Of a DNA stretch of 64,000 nt, positions 1-10,147 are shown piece after piece. The position numbers and the translations under genes were made by a program. The notes beneath the pieces were generated by a model that ran no database searches, was not told where the DNA came from, and worked only from the letters and a program-made list of their open reading frames with translations. The stretch is taken from sequence record SRR20825006_194; one strand, 5' to 3'. How positions within the stretch are numbered: the first letter of the stretch is position 1; each line of letters opens with the position of its first letter.

Positions 1-1
1 G

Positions 2-89
2 CGGAGAGGGAGGGATTCGAACCCTCGGTACCCTTGTGAGGCACACACGCTTTCCAGGCGAGCCCGTTCGACCGCTCCGGCACCTCTCC
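2..89 (-). tRNA. tRNA-Ser (anticodon GGA)
   Basis: Reverse complement folds as a cloverleaf: acceptor GGAGAGG/CCTCTCC, anticodon loop CT-GGA-AA, long variable arm, T-loop GTTCGAATC. The 3' end is at the window edge. Confidence 0.95.
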
Positions 90-140
90 TCTATTTGAAG
101 GGCGGCTAAGATAGAATTATTTACCGCTTATAGCAACGAG

Positions 141-821
141 TTAAAACCCAAATGAAAAAACTTGAGTGGTATAAGCTCTAACAGCTTTCCCATTATTCAT
201 TGCTGGTCTAAATTTCCATTGCTTTGCTGCTTCTAATGCAGCTCCCATCACTCCATATCCAATACTTGGCACAACTTTATATTTATTCCCCTTACTTTCA
301 TACTCTCTTATTTGAGAAACATAAATATCTTCCACAAGACCTTCTGCATCTACTAGAAAAGTAACAAACACTTCCACCTTTATTTCTGCTTTTCTCGCAA
401 CATCAGGAGTAGAGGGCTCAACAACTTTTAGTAACCGAGGTTTAACCTGCGGACTACCCACTATTTCATCAGATTCTCCTTTTTGGCCAACATCTCCTTC
501 CCCTAAAAGCTCAAGAGAAAGCAAATCATCAAAATCTAAAATTTCGATTTCATCATCAATCACTTCTTCATTTGGTACAGGGATTGGAATTTGAGGCCTA
601 GGCGGGCGGGCGGGCGTAGTTAACTGCTTTGTTTGAATCATTTCCTCCGTGAAAATAGTTGGCTCCTCATCAACCCAACTTACTACCGTGGAATCGTTTG
701 CTTGCGTAGGCCAAAATTTAAAAACACTTAATAAAAATAATTCAGAAATAATCACCGTAGCCATCAATTTGTTACGATAAGTTACTTTAAAATATAGAGT
801 ATTTGGGTTGAACCAACTCAA
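141..821 (-). CDS. TonB-family energy transducer (C-terminal domain protein)
   Basis: N-terminal TM anchor, Pro-rich PARPPRPQIPIPVP linker, C-terminal VFVTFLVDAEG...AALEAAKQWKFRPA..NGKAV TonB_C pattern. Confidence 0.8.
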   Translation of the reverse strand: MSWFNPNTLYFKVTYRNKLMATVIISELFLLSVFKFWPTQANDSTVVSWVDEEPTIFTEEMIQTKQLTTPARPPRPQIPIPVPNEEVIDDEIEILDFDDLLSLELLGEGDVGQKGESDEIVGSPQVKPRLLKVVEPSTPDVARKAEIKVEVFVTFLVDAEGLVEDIYVSQIREYESKGNKYKVVPSIGYGVMGAALEAAKQWKFRPAMNNGKAVRAYTTQVFSFGF

Positions 822-1543
822 TTCGCCCTTATTCGTTCTAGTTCCTTTTTCATTAACTGCTGAGCATGATCTTTTAACGCATTCATACTACTATAATCAG
901 ATGCTTTAATTGGATCTAAAATGGAGAGTTTAAAAATAACAGTGGGATTCATTACTTTGGAACCAGATTGTAAAGCCTCAAATCCCCCGTCAATTACAAT
1001 GGGTTGTATATAAAAATCATTATCCATAGCTAGCAAGAAAGCACCGTTTTTAAAACTTTTAATCTCTCCATCAGTAGAACGAGTGCCTTCTGGAAATATC
1101 ATAACAGGAACTTTATCTTTGATAGGTTTGACTAGATTATCTAATTTTTTTAGAGCAGACTTACTTTTTCTATCTATAGCTAGATGTCCTGTTAACCAAG
1201 CAATCCATCCCATTACAGGGATAAGCATGAGACTTCGCTTGGTTACCCATTTCATCTGCCAAGGCAACATAAACACAAAGGCCATATCAAGAAAACTCTG
1301 ATGATTCCCAATAAAAACCGTTGGGTTTTCTGGATTGAATTTTTCTAAGCCATGCATTTCTTTCTTCCAGCTAGGACTGGCTTGCATCATACACCAGCCC
1401 ATTTTTGCTAACAACCAATTTGGAATTTTCCTATACGGATCGAATGGAAACGTAAATAGAAAAACGATTGATATAATTATAAAGAATAAGAGAAATAAAA
1501 TATTATAGTACGTCCATGTAAAAATACTGAATAGTACTCTCAT
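818..1543 (-). CDS. plsC: 1-acyl-sn-glycerol-3-phosphate acyltransferase
   Basis: NHQSFLD (HX4D) and FPEGTRS acyltransferase motifs. Confidence 0.88.
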   Translation of the reverse strand: MRVLFSIFTWTYYNILFLLFFIIISIVFLFTFPFDPYRKIPNWLLAKMGWCMMQASPSWKKEMHGLEKFNPENPTVFIGNHQSFLDMAFVFMLPWQMKWVTKRSLMLIPVMGWIAWLTGHLAIDRKSKSALKKLDNLVKPIKDKVPVMIFPEGTRSTDGEIKSFKNGAFLLAMDNDFYIQPIVIDGGFEALQSGSKVMNPTVIFKLSILDPIKASDYSSMNALKDHAQQLMKKELERIRAN

Positions 1544-2472
1544 TAACTTTGTAACTCCTTAATAGCTTTTCGGATAAACCCATGGTTGCGATTTAATAGC
1601 TCTTGAGCTTCTTCTTTACCCGTGTTACCTAGCTCCATAACCAATGCTGTTTTAACATGGTTATTGGCTTCATTCAGTAACTCTGAGGCTCTATCATAAT
1701 CCACTTTTGTGAACAGCATTATGATTTTTTTAGCTCGCTCAACCAATTTCTTGTTTGATAGTTGTAAATCTACCATCACATTTTCATACACTTTACCCTG
1801 ACGAACCATAGCGCCGGTAGTTAGCATATTTAGAACCATTTTCTGAGCAGTTCCACTTTTCATTCTAGTGCTACCCATTACTACTTCTGGCCCAACTGGA
1901 ACATCAATTACAATATCAGGAATATAATCTAACTGCTCTGAAGGAACTGTGGTTACCAATATCGTTTTACAACCTCTTTTTTTGGCTTCTTTAAGTGCTC
2001 CAATAACATAAGGTGTTCTACCACTGGCAGCCAACCCACAAACAACATCCGGTGGATAAGCTTCTGCTTTTGCAACATCGCCCGCACCAGCTTCTTCCGA
2101 ATCTTCTACACCCTCTTGGGCTACAAACATTGCCTCTGCTCCACCGGCCATAAAAGCTTGCACTTGCTCTGGTTTTGAACCAAAAGTTGGAGGACACTCT
2201 GAAGCATCAACAACACCTAAACGGCCACTTGTTCCTGCCCCATAATAAAGCAGTCTGCCTTGAAGTGAAAAACTCTGGCTTATTACGTCAACTGCTTCTG
2301 CAATAGCAGGAAGTCTAGTTTCTACTATTTCAGCAACTTTTTTGTCCTGCTCATTTATCAAACGAACAATCTCTAATGGATTTGCTACATCAATCTCCAA
2401 CGTTTCTAGATTGCGTTGCTCTGTTGCAAGGTTATTTAATTTCTCAAATAGTTCTTTATTTCTATCGCTCAT
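1543..2472 (-). CDS. murQ: N-acetylmuramic acid 6-phosphate etherase
   Basis: TEQRN, GAGTSGRLG..DASECPPTFG, GPEVV.GSTRMKSGTAQK motifs. Confidence 0.95.
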   Translation of the reverse strand: MSDRNKELFEKLNNLATEQRNLETLEIDVANPLEIVRLINEQDKKVAEIVETRLPAIAEAVDVISQSFSLQGRLLYYGAGTSGRLGVVDASECPPTFGSKPEQVQAFMAGGAEAMFVAQEGVEDSEEAGAGDVAKAEAYPPDVVCGLAASGRTPYVIGALKEAKKRGCKTILVTTVPSEQLDYIPDIVIDVPVGPEVVMGSTRMKSGTAQKMVLNMLTTGAMVRQGKVYENVMVDLQLSNKKLVERAKKIIMLFTKVDYDRASELLNEANNHVKTALVMELGNTGKEEAQELLNRNHGFIRKAIKELQS

Positions 2473-2483
2473 ATATACTTTAG

Positions 2484-3971
2484 TTACCGTCTATTCTTCC
2501 ACCATTCAGAAACAGTTTCGTTTTCTGAAATGAGAGAAGGTTGTTGGGTATTTTCCACGTTTATTTTTAATAATGAAGCTGCCAAAGCTAGAATTTCGTC
2601 ACTTGGCTTCTCCTCTAAGTCTTTATTGGTAAAATGATCGTTCACAAAATGTGTGTCGTAATCTCCACTTACAAATGCGGGGTGTTTAAGTGTAAACTCA
2701 CAAAATGGAATGGTAGTCTTACAACCTGCAATTTCATATTCATCTAAAGCCCGCAGCATTCTCTGAATAGCGTGCTTACGGTCTTTGCCGTGCACCGTCA
2801 ATTTCGAAATCATTGGATCGTAGTTGATAGTAACTTCCTGCCCTTCTTCAACGCCGGCGTCAACTCTAATACCATCACCTGTTGGAACACGATGCTTCTT
2901 TAAAAAACCAGTGCTTGGTAAAAAGTTATCGGATGAGTCTTCTGCATAAATTCTACATTCAATAGCATGACCTTTAATAGATAAATCTTCTTGCTTAAAA
3001 GGAAGAGGTTTACCCTCAGCTACTAATATTTGCAACGCTACTAAGTCTAACCCTGAAATCATCTCCGTAACAGGATGCTCTACTTGAAGTCGAGTATTCA
3101 TTTCCAGAAAATAGAATTTCTTATGCTTATCCACTAAGAACTCTATAGTACCAGCACCTACATAATCGCAACCTTTTGCAGCCTTTATAGCACATTCTGC
3201 CATTTCTTGTCTCAACTCTGGAGTGAGTAATGCACAAGGAGCTTCTTCAATTACTTTCTGATGTCTACGTTGAATGGAGCATTCTCTATCAAAAATATGC
3301 AAAACGTTGCCATGAGTATCCGCCATAATCTGAAACTCAACATGCCTTGGTTCTTCTAAATATTTCTCTATATAGATTCTATCGTCACCAAAAGCATTTC
3401 TAGCTTCTGATTTAGCCGCTTTTATACTGCTCTCAAATTCGTCTTTTTTATGAACAATTCGCATCCCTTTACCACCACCGCCAGCTGCAGCTTTAACTAA
3501 AATGGGATAACCTATTTCATCTGCAACTCTAGAAGCTTCCTCTAAATCTTTTAATTCTGACTTCAATCCAGGTGGCGTTGGGATACCTAACTGCGCGGCC
3601 AATTCCCGAGCAGAAGTTTTATCTCCCATCAAAGTCATTGCCTTGGGCTCAGGGCCTATAAATATTATTCCTTCTTTCTTGCAACGCTCGGCAAACACTG
3701 CATTCTCACTTAAAAAGCCATATCCAGGATGTACAGCATCAGCGCCCGTTTTCTTAACGGCGTCTATAATCTTATCGAGTACTAAATAACTCTCCGAGGA
3801 TGCAGCCTCCCCGATAAAAACAGATTCATCTGCATGTAGAACGTGTGGCGATGTTGCGTCGGGTCTTGAGTAAACAGCAACAGTTTTAATTCCAAGTTCT
3901 TTGCAAGTATGAATAACACGTAGGGCGATTTCGCCTCTATTTGCTATAAGAATTTTCTTTATATCTGGCAT
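2484..3971 (-). CDS. accC: Biotin carboxylase subunit of acetyl/propionyl-CoA carboxylase
   Basis: KILIANRGEIA, HPGYGFLSEN, GGGGKGMR, RECSIQRRHQK, EMNTRLQVEHPVTE; no fused biotinyl domain. Confidence 0.9.
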   Translation of the reverse strand: MPDIKKILIANRGEIALRVIHTCKELGIKTVAVYSRPDATSPHVLHADESVFIGEAASSESYLVLDKIIDAVKKTGADAVHPGYGFLSENAVFAERCKKEGIIFIGPEPKAMTLMGDKTSARELAAQLGIPTPPGLKSELKDLEEASRVADEIGYPILVKAAAGGGGKGMRIVHKKDEFESSIKAAKSEARNAFGDDRIYIEKYLEEPRHVEFQIMADTHGNVLHIFDRECSIQRRHQKVIEEAPCALLTPELRQEMAECAIKAAKGCDYVGAGTIEFLVDKHKKFYFLEMNTRLQVEHPVTEMISGLDLVALQILVAEGKPLPFKQEDLSIKGHAIECRIYAEDSSDNFLPSTGFLKKHRVPTGDGIRVDAGVEEGQEVTINYDPMISKLTVHGKDRKHAIQRMLRALDEYEIAGCKTTIPFCEFTLKHPAFVSGDYDTHFVNDHFTNKDLEEKPSDEILALAASLLKINVENTQQPSLISENETVSEWWKNRR

Positions 3972-4393
3972 GATATCCTATCAATTCAAGTTCACCCAAT
4001 TATAGGGTTTTACAGAATGATTAACCAAGGTAGAATTGAGCAAATTCCATCATTCTAACATTACTTTCGATAACTTTTGCAGAACATGATTTCATAGTTA
4101 TTAATCAATAAGTGAATTTACGATAACACCATTTCCCATCTCTATGTTTCAAAAAAAAGTATTTTTGATGATTAGCTATCTTCAGGAACTCTTAATTTAT
4201 TACCCCTTTTCTTTCATTAATCAAGTACTTGCAAGCTATTTAAGTTTACTTTTTTTTCGAATTAATAAAATTTAACAAGCCGTTACATCTTCCTTTTAAG
4301 TTGATTATACTTAACCGAAGCTCCAAAGAAGTTATTTTAAGTTAATATTACGGAGTTAACTTCTTTTTTTGTGATTAAAAGTTAAGAGTACCT

Positions 4394-5410
4394 ATGATTA
4401 AAAAAGTAACCATTTACGATGTAGCAAAAAGTGCTGGCGTAGCTATATCCACCGTTTCTAGAGTATTAAATGACTCTCCAAATGTTTCCGAGGAAACAAA
4501 AGTGAAAGTTAAGAAATCCATTAAAGATCTTAATTTTCGTCCCCAAGTTAGCGCTCGGAAGCTGGCAAGTAAAGAACCTCAAATGCTCGCAATTGCTGTT
4601 CCTTCTTTTACTACCCCTTTCTTTAATGAGGTTCTAAAAGGCGTTAAAGATGAGATTAAGAAAATGGATCTTGATATCATCATGTATAATACAGGCTCTC
4701 GAAATCCAGAAGAAGCAGTTCATAACTTCTTTGACCGCGGAACAGCCGATGCTTTAATTCTGCTTTCCATCGATATTACACCTGAAATTCACGAAATTTT
4801 TCAAGCTTCACGAATTCCTCTTGTTCTCGTTAACACCTCTCATCCTGCTTACAACTACTTTATGATGAACGACCACCTCGGTGGTTATATGGCTGGAGAG
4901 CATTTAGTTAAAAAAGGATTCGAGCGTTTAGGAATGATTACTTCCGGTACTCAGACTCGCTCTTCTTTAGAGCGTGAGCGTGGTTTTAAAGACGCGCTTA
5001 AAAATTATAAGATGAAGATTGATAAAGATCTCTTTATAACAGGCGATTCGGATAAGCATGGCGGTTTTACAGAAGAAGCAGGTTTTGAAGCTATCTATAA
5101 ATACGACACAATGGGCAAATACCCTGATGCTGTCTTCTGTGCTAACGACACTCAAGCTTTAGGAGCTCTTCATGCTCTTACTAAACTTGGTCTAAGTGTT
5201 CCAAACGACATTGCACTGATGGGTTACGATAATATCAAATTCACTAAGTACATGGATTTGACCACGATAGATCAGAAAATGCATACCATTGGTATTCAGG
5301 CTACTAGTCGATTGGCAGAGATTATTAAAAACCCAACCGACCAACTTTATCAAACTACAATTAACCCTGTGTTAATTGAACGTGGATCCACTCAAAATTT
5401 AAAATCCTGA
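4394..5410 (+). CDS. LacI-family transcriptional regulator
   Basis: VTIYDVAKSAGVAISTVSRVLN HTH plus sugar-binding-type C-terminal domain (AVFCAND, VPNDIALMGYD, LTTIDQ). Confidence 0.93.
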   Translation: MIKKVTIYDVAKSAGVAISTVSRVLNDSPNVSEETKVKVKKSIKDLNFRPQVSARKLASKEPQMLAIAVPSFTTPFFNEVLKGVKDEIKKMDLDIIMYNTGSRNPEEAVHNFFDRGTADALILLSIDITPEIHEIFQASRIPLVLVNTSHPAYNYFMMNDHLGGYMAGEHLVKKGFERLGMITSGTQTRSSLERERGFKDALKNYKMKIDKDLFITGDSDKHGGFTEEAGFEAIYKYDTMGKYPDAVFCANDTQALGALHALTKLGLSVPNDIALMGYDNIKFTKYMDLTTIDQKMHTIGIQATSRLAEIIKNPTDQLYQTTINPVLIERGSTQNLKS

Positions 5411-5411
5411 C

Positions 5412-6374
5412 GTGAACAAGTCTTTCAGCACCCAAGAAGCGCTAGACCATTGCATTACTAACACGCAAATTCCTCAATTGCCTGAACCATACCGAGGCAA
5501 AGTAAGAGAAGTTTATACGCTTAATGATGAAACTTTAGGTATAGTTGTAACCGATCGTATCTCAGCATTCGATTATATCATGAAGCAAGCAGTTCCTTTT
5601 AAAGGACAAATTCTAAATCAAATGGCTGCTTTTTCATTCGACAGAGTTAGTGATATTGTGCCTACTCATGTTATTGATGTGCCGCACCCGAATGTAACCA
5701 TTTCGAAAAAATGCGAGCCCATTGCTATAGAAGTTGTTATTCGAGGTTATTTAACTGGCCACGCTTGGAGAACTTACAAAGCTGGGATTAGAGAACTTTG
5801 CGGTGTTACTTTACCTGAAGGAATGGTTGAACATCAGAAGTTCCCAACGCCTATCCTCACCCCTGCTACCAAAGCAACAGAAGGCCACGATGAAGACATC
5901 TCTGAAGTAGATATCATTGCACAAAATATTGTTGATGAAGAACTTTGGAATAAAATAAGACATGTTGCTTTTAGACTGTTTGAACGCGGTAGCAATATTG
6001 CTGAGCAGCAGGGGCTTATCCTCGTTGATACAAAGTATGAATTCGGTCTTTACAAAGGCGAGCTTACTCTAATTGATGAAGTTCACACCACTGATTCTTC
6101 ACGCTATTTTTATTTAGAAGGATATGAGCAACGCCAAGCTAAAGGCGAACCTCAAAAACAACTGTCTAAAGAGTTTTTACGCGAATGGTTAATGGCTAAT
6201 GATTTCCAGGGTTTGGATGGCCAAACTCTTCCCGACTTACCTAATTCTTTTAGAATGGAAGTTTATGAACGCTATGCTGAATTATTTGAGATGCTAACAG
6301 GTGCTCCTTTCGAGCCAAAGCTAGAACTCAACTTCGATAAAGAACTAGCAAAGATTTTTGAGCATCATACCTAG
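5412..6374 (+). CDS. purC: SAICAR synthetase
   Basis: YRGKVREVY, TDRISAFD, EVVIRGYLTG, LVDTKYEFG, DEVHT.DSSR, QLSKEFLR. GTG start 1 nt after the lacI stop. Confidence 0.93.
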   Translation: MNKSFSTQEALDHCITNTQIPQLPEPYRGKVREVYTLNDETLGIVVTDRISAFDYIMKQAVPFKGQILNQMAAFSFDRVSDIVPTHVIDVPHPNVTISKKCEPIAIEVVIRGYLTGHAWRTYKAGIRELCGVTLPEGMVEHQKFPTPILTPATKATEGHDEDISEVDIIAQNIVDEELWNKIRHVAFRLFERGSNIAEQQGLILVDTKYEFGLYKGELTLIDEVHTTDSSRYFYLEGYEQRQAKGEPQKQLSKEFLREWLMANDFQGLDGQTLPDLPNSFRMEVYERYAELFEMLTGAPFEPKLELNFDKELAKIFEHHT

Positions 6375-6581
6375 TATTTATATATGCTTATTCCTTCAAA
6401 TACTATAGCTATAAAAGATATTTGTCTGATTTTGAAGATTTTATAAATTAGGCTAAGGTTAGAATAATTTCAAGATTGATAAAATTTGCTCTTTAATATC
6501 ACCGCTTAACAAATTCTTCATATTGCTTTTGTACGTTACCCTTGTTCTTTGAACAATTAGATATAAAAATGAGGTAACAGA

Positions 6582-6785
6582 ATGAAAAAGAATATGGGTT
6601 CAATCGATAAAGCAGTTCGGATAGTTGTAGCAGTAATTATTGCTTTCCTATTTTATAACGGCACAATTACAGGTACTTTAGGCATCGTTTTGATAGTTTT
6701 AGCAGCTGTATTCGTATTAACTAGCTTTGTGAGCTTCTGCCCGCTTTATACCATCTTTGGTATAAAAACGTGTAAAACTGAATAA
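6582..6785 (+). CDS. DUF2892 (YgaP-like) small membrane protein
   Basis: MKKNMG.ID...R, two TM helices, FCPLY..FGI.TC C-terminus; GAGG SD upstream. Confidence 0.85.
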   Translation: MKKNMGSIDKAVRIVVAVIIAFLFYNGTITGTLGIVLIVLAAVFVLTSFVSFCPLYTIFGIKTCKTE

Positions 6786-6798
6786 AGGATAACTCCTC

Positions 6799-7779
6799 TT
6801 AGTTTACTGTATGAGGTTTGTTGTATTTGTTTCGATATTCGTTGGGAGTTAATCCCGATACTTTTTTAAAAACGGATCGAAACGCTTTTGCATCATTATA
6901 GCCAACCTCATACATAACTTCGTTTATTGCCTTCTGTGTGCTTTCAAAGCTACGCTTCGCAGCTTCAACTTTAACACGTTGAATATATTCTACCACTGTG
7001 TTATTTGTAGCTTGTTTGAACCTGCGTTCAAAGCTTCTCCTCCCTACCGATACTAATTCAGCTAGCTTGCCAACGGTAATTTTTTGAGGATAATTTTCTT
7101 CTAGAAATTCTTGAGCTCTCAAAATTTCGACATCACCATGGCTCTTCTGTCCTTCAAACATCATAAATGCGGCTTGACTATCTCTGTCTATATCAATGGC
7201 GAAGTATTTTGAGGCAATAATCGCTGTTTCCCTATTCGTATACTTTTCTAATAAATAGAGAAGTAAACTCCAGTATGAATTAGCTCCTCCACTAGAATAA
7301 ATACCATTCTCTTCTGTGATAATGCCCCCATCAACCAATTCTACATTGGGGAACATCGTTCTGAACTCATTTGCAGAACTCCAATGTGTTGAGCACTTTT
7401 TCCCGTCTAGTAAACCTGTTGATGCTAATAAAAAGGCCCCTACACAAAGCGAAGCTATTTCGGTTCCTTTCGCATGTTGTTGTACAATCCAAGGAATGAA
7501 CAGTTCATTTTGCTTAATTGCTTCTTTTAACTCTCCACTAATTGCGGGAACAAGCACTAAATCAGCTTTCTCTACCTCGTGCAACAGCATTTCAGTGTGA
7601 ACAGTGTACAAGCTATTCTCAAGCTTAACATCTTTCTTTAACCCAACAAGCTTCACGTTGAATAGCGGTTCTCTTCCAGAAGCAACCATAAACTGGTTTA
7701 CAGCCTTGAACATATAATGTGGATCGGCAATAGCCTCAATAACCGCCGTTTCTAAAACGAGTATACATACATTTTTCAT
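6799..7779 (-). CDS. GlxA-family AraC regulator (DJ-1/PfpI + HTH)
   Basis: IASLCVGAFLLASTGLLDGK.CSTHW DJ-1 domain; C-terminal RSFERRF...VGYND..AFR.VFKK..GLTP.EYR AraC HTH. Confidence 0.92.
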   Translation of the reverse strand: MKNVCILVLETAVIEAIADPHYMFKAVNQFMVASGREPLFNVKLVGLKKDVKLENSLYTVHTEMLLHEVEKADLVLVPAISGELKEAIKQNELFIPWIVQQHAKGTEIASLCVGAFLLASTGLLDGKKCSTHWSSANEFRTMFPNVELVDGGIITEENGIYSSGGANSYWSLLLYLLEKYTNRETAIIASKYFAIDIDRDSQAAFMMFEGQKSHGDVEILRAQEFLEENYPQKITVGKLAELVSVGRRSFERRFKQATNNTVVEYIQRVKVEAAKRSFESTQKAINEVMYEVGYNDAKAFRSVFKKVSGLTPNEYRNKYNKPHTVN

Positions 7780-7801
7780 AGCTAAATATAGAGATTGATT
7801 T

Positions 7802-7838
7802 TGTCGTAATCAGCCCTTAAAAGAGTCGTTATTACACT
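7802..7838. promoter_or_regulatory. Candidate AraC-type direct-repeat operator
   Basis: TGTCGTAATCAGCCC and AGTCGTTATTACAC, with GTCGT cores 22 bp apart, in the divergent intergenic region. Confidence 0.45.
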
Positions 7839-7905
7839 TAGTAGCTAATGGAATTAATATGGATTTTTGTATTATGAAAAGAAACATCAGATTTAGATTA
7901 TAGTT

Positions 7906-8331
7906 ATGGAAAGCAACACAAAATCCTTTATCACAATAGAAGCGACCATTAAAGCTGATATTAGCACCATTTGGAAACTTTGGTCAGGCCCTGAACACAT
8001 CGTAAAATGGAATGCTGCTTCTGATGATTGGCACACTACTAAAGCGGAAAACGATCTTAAAGTAGGTGGCTATTTTTCTAGTAGAATGGAAGCCAAAGAT
8101 GGAAGCTTTAGTTTCGATTTTGGTGGTGTTTATACTGAGGTAATTGAGAATAAAAAAATCAGTTATTCTTTAGAAGATGCTCGCACGGTTGAAATTCTCT
8201 TTACAAATTTGGGAGACTCAACCAAAGTTGTGGAGACTTTTGAAGCTGAAACGACCAATTCCATAGAAATGCAGAAAGCTGGCTGGCAAGCTATACTTGA
8301 TAATTTCAAACAATACGCTGAAAATTTTTAA
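7906..8331 (+). CDS. SRPBCC/AHSA1-family protein
   Basis: IWKLWSGPEHIVKWNAASDDW...DLKVGG.F..RMEAKDGS.FDF...GWQAILDNFK pattern. Confidence 0.88.
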   Translation: MESNTKSFITIEATIKADISTIWKLWSGPEHIVKWNAASDDWHTTKAENDLKVGGYFSSRMEAKDGSFSFDFGGVYTEVIENKKISYSLEDARTVEILFTNLGDSTKVVETFEAETTNSIEMQKAGWQAILDNFKQYAENF

Positions 8332-8341
8332 GAGCAATACT

Positions 8342-9178
8342 ATGTCTAGTTCAACACCGATTTATCCTTGTATTTGGTTTGATGATAATGCCAATGAAGC
8401 TGCCAAAATCTATTGTTCCATTTTTGAAAACTCCGGAATTACCTCGGAGTCACCCATAGTTACAACCTTCGAGTTGGCAGGACAACCTTTCATGGCATTA
8501 AATGGCGGGCCAATTTTTAAGCCCAATCCATCCATTTCATTTTCTGTGCAATGTGATAGTGATGATGAGATAAACTCTCTTTGGAATGCATTGTCTCAGG
8601 ATGGTTCAATTTTGATGCCGCTAGATAGCTATGAGTGGAGTGATAAATACGGCTGGGTTCAAGATAGATTTGGAGTAAACTGGCAACTTTCGATAACTGA
8701 CTCTACAGAAACTTCCCAAAAAATTACTCCTTCTTTTTTATTTACTGGAGCTCAATTTGGTAACGCTGAGAAAGCAATGCTTTTTTATACCTCTGTGTTT
8801 GAAAAATCAGAAATCACAAGCCTATTAAAGTATACCGACAATGGTATTGAAGCCGTAAAACATGCTCAATTTAAACTAGACCACGTTAGCTTCACGGCAA
8901 TGGACAGTTCTCTAGATCATGACTTTCAATTTAATGAAGGGGTTTCTTTGGTTGTTCACTGCGAAAACCAAGAAGAAATCGACTTTTATTGGAACACACT
9001 TACCAAAGATGGAAGCGAACAACAGTGCGGTTGGCTAAAAGACCAATTTGGTATTTCGTGGCAAATTGTGCCCGATATTTTAAGTGAACTTATGAACGAT
9101 GAAAAAAGAGCTCCTCGAGTCATACAAGCCTTCATGAAAATGACGAAACTTGATATCAAGGCTTTAGAATCAGCTTAA
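8342..9178 (+). CDS. VOC/PhnB-like (3-demethylubiquinone-9 3-methyltransferase family) two-domain protein
   Basis: Duplicated PCIWF..A..A..Y / GWVQDRFGVNWQ and CGWLKDQFGISWQ motifs. Start moved to ATG 8342 to avoid overlap. Confidence 0.85.
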   Translation: MSSSTPIYPCIWFDDNANEAAKIYCSIFENSGITSESPIVTTFELAGQPFMALNGGPIFKPNPSISFSVQCDSDDEINSLWNALSQDGSILMPLDSYEWSDKYGWVQDRFGVNWQLSITDSTETSQKITPSFLFTGAQFGNAEKAMLFYTSVFEKSEITSLLKYTDNGIEAVKHAQFKLDHVSFTAMDSSLDHDFQFNEGVSLVVHCENQEEIDFYWNTLTKDGSEQQCGWLKDQFGISWQIVPDILSELMNDEKRAPRVIQAFMKMTKLDIKALESA

Positions 9179-9216
9179 TAAATCATTCAAATTCAAAAAA
9201 TTAATTCGAGACAACT

Positions 9217-9591
9217 ATGAAAAGAACAAAAATTATCTTTTGGGTAGCAACAGGCTTTCTATTTCTATTTCAAGGTGTGATGCCCTCTTTAACTGGCCAT
9301 ACAGAAATGGCAAAAGAAGGAATTCGACATCTTGGCTACCCTGAATATTTTGGTGTCGCTCTTACTATCTGCAAAGTGCTTGGTTCTTTAGCTCTAATTA
9401 TTCCACAAATCCCAAAACGCGTTAAAGAATGGGCATATGCTGGCTTCGCTTTCGACTTTATCTTTGCCGTAATAAGTATTTGGGCGGTAGATGGCTTTAG
9501 CCTATTGGCTCTATCCCCACTTGTGGTATTGGCAGTTTTAGTAGTTTCTTATCTCAGTTTTCATAAATTACAGAATCAAAACAAGGCATAA
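9217..9591 (+). CDS. DoxX-like membrane protein
   Basis: HLGYPEYF...KVLG...KEWAYAGF motif, 4 TM segments. Confidence 0.85.
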   Translation: MKRTKIIFWVATGFLFLFQGVMPSLTGHTEMAKEGIRHLGYPEYFGVALTICKVLGSLALIIPQIPKRVKEWAYAGFAFDFIFAVISIWAVDGFSLLALSPLVVLAVLVVSYLSFHKLQNQNKA

Positions 9592-9602
9592 ACCTGCTAG
9601 TT

Positions 9603-9950
9603 ATGAATAATCCCGAAGTTGATTCTTATATCGCAAACTTCCCTAAAGCCACAAAAGATAAGCTTGACGAAGTTCGTTCTTTAATTCAGGGCTTAATACC
9701 TGATGCTAAAGAAGTTATAAATTATGGTATTCCTACTTTTAAGTTGAACGGAAATCTTGTTCACTTTGCAGGATATAAAAACCATATTGGTTTCTACCCC
9801 GCCCCTTCTGCCATTATCGCTTTTAAAGATGAGTTATCTCATTATAAAACGGCTAAAGGCTCGATCAAATTTCCGATAGATCAAGATTTACCCAAGGATT
9901 TAATTACAAGAATCGTACAATTCAGAGTTCAAGAGAATTTAAAAAAGTAG
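9603..9950 (+). CDS. DUF1801 (YdhG-like) protein
   Basis: VDSYIA.FP...INYGIPTF...HFAGYKNHIGFYP...KGSIKFP pattern. Confidence 0.85.
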   Translation: MNNPEVDSYIANFPKATKDKLDEVRSLIQGLIPDAKEVINYGIPTFKLNGNLVHFAGYKNHIGFYPAPSAIIAFKDELSHYKTAKGSIKFPIDQDLPKDLITRIVQFRVQENLKK

Positions 9951-10147
9951 GTACCCTTCGTCTTTTTGATTCCGAACGTGTTTTTATTATTAAATACTTC
10001 CTTCCAAATTCTTTACTAAGCCTTTCTCTTTGAATATCCAGCTAATCCCTTTTTACTCTTTTACAGTTCGTTAATGCTTGGATAATATTCCAATTACTAC
10101 TTTGGCCGACATTCACTGATAAATTTCATTATTCATACAACCCACTC

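Noticed and set aside
4000-4393. Purine or ZMP riboswitch upstream of lacI-purC
   Set aside because: No recognisable aptamer consensus; only a weak AT-rich stem, reported at low interest.
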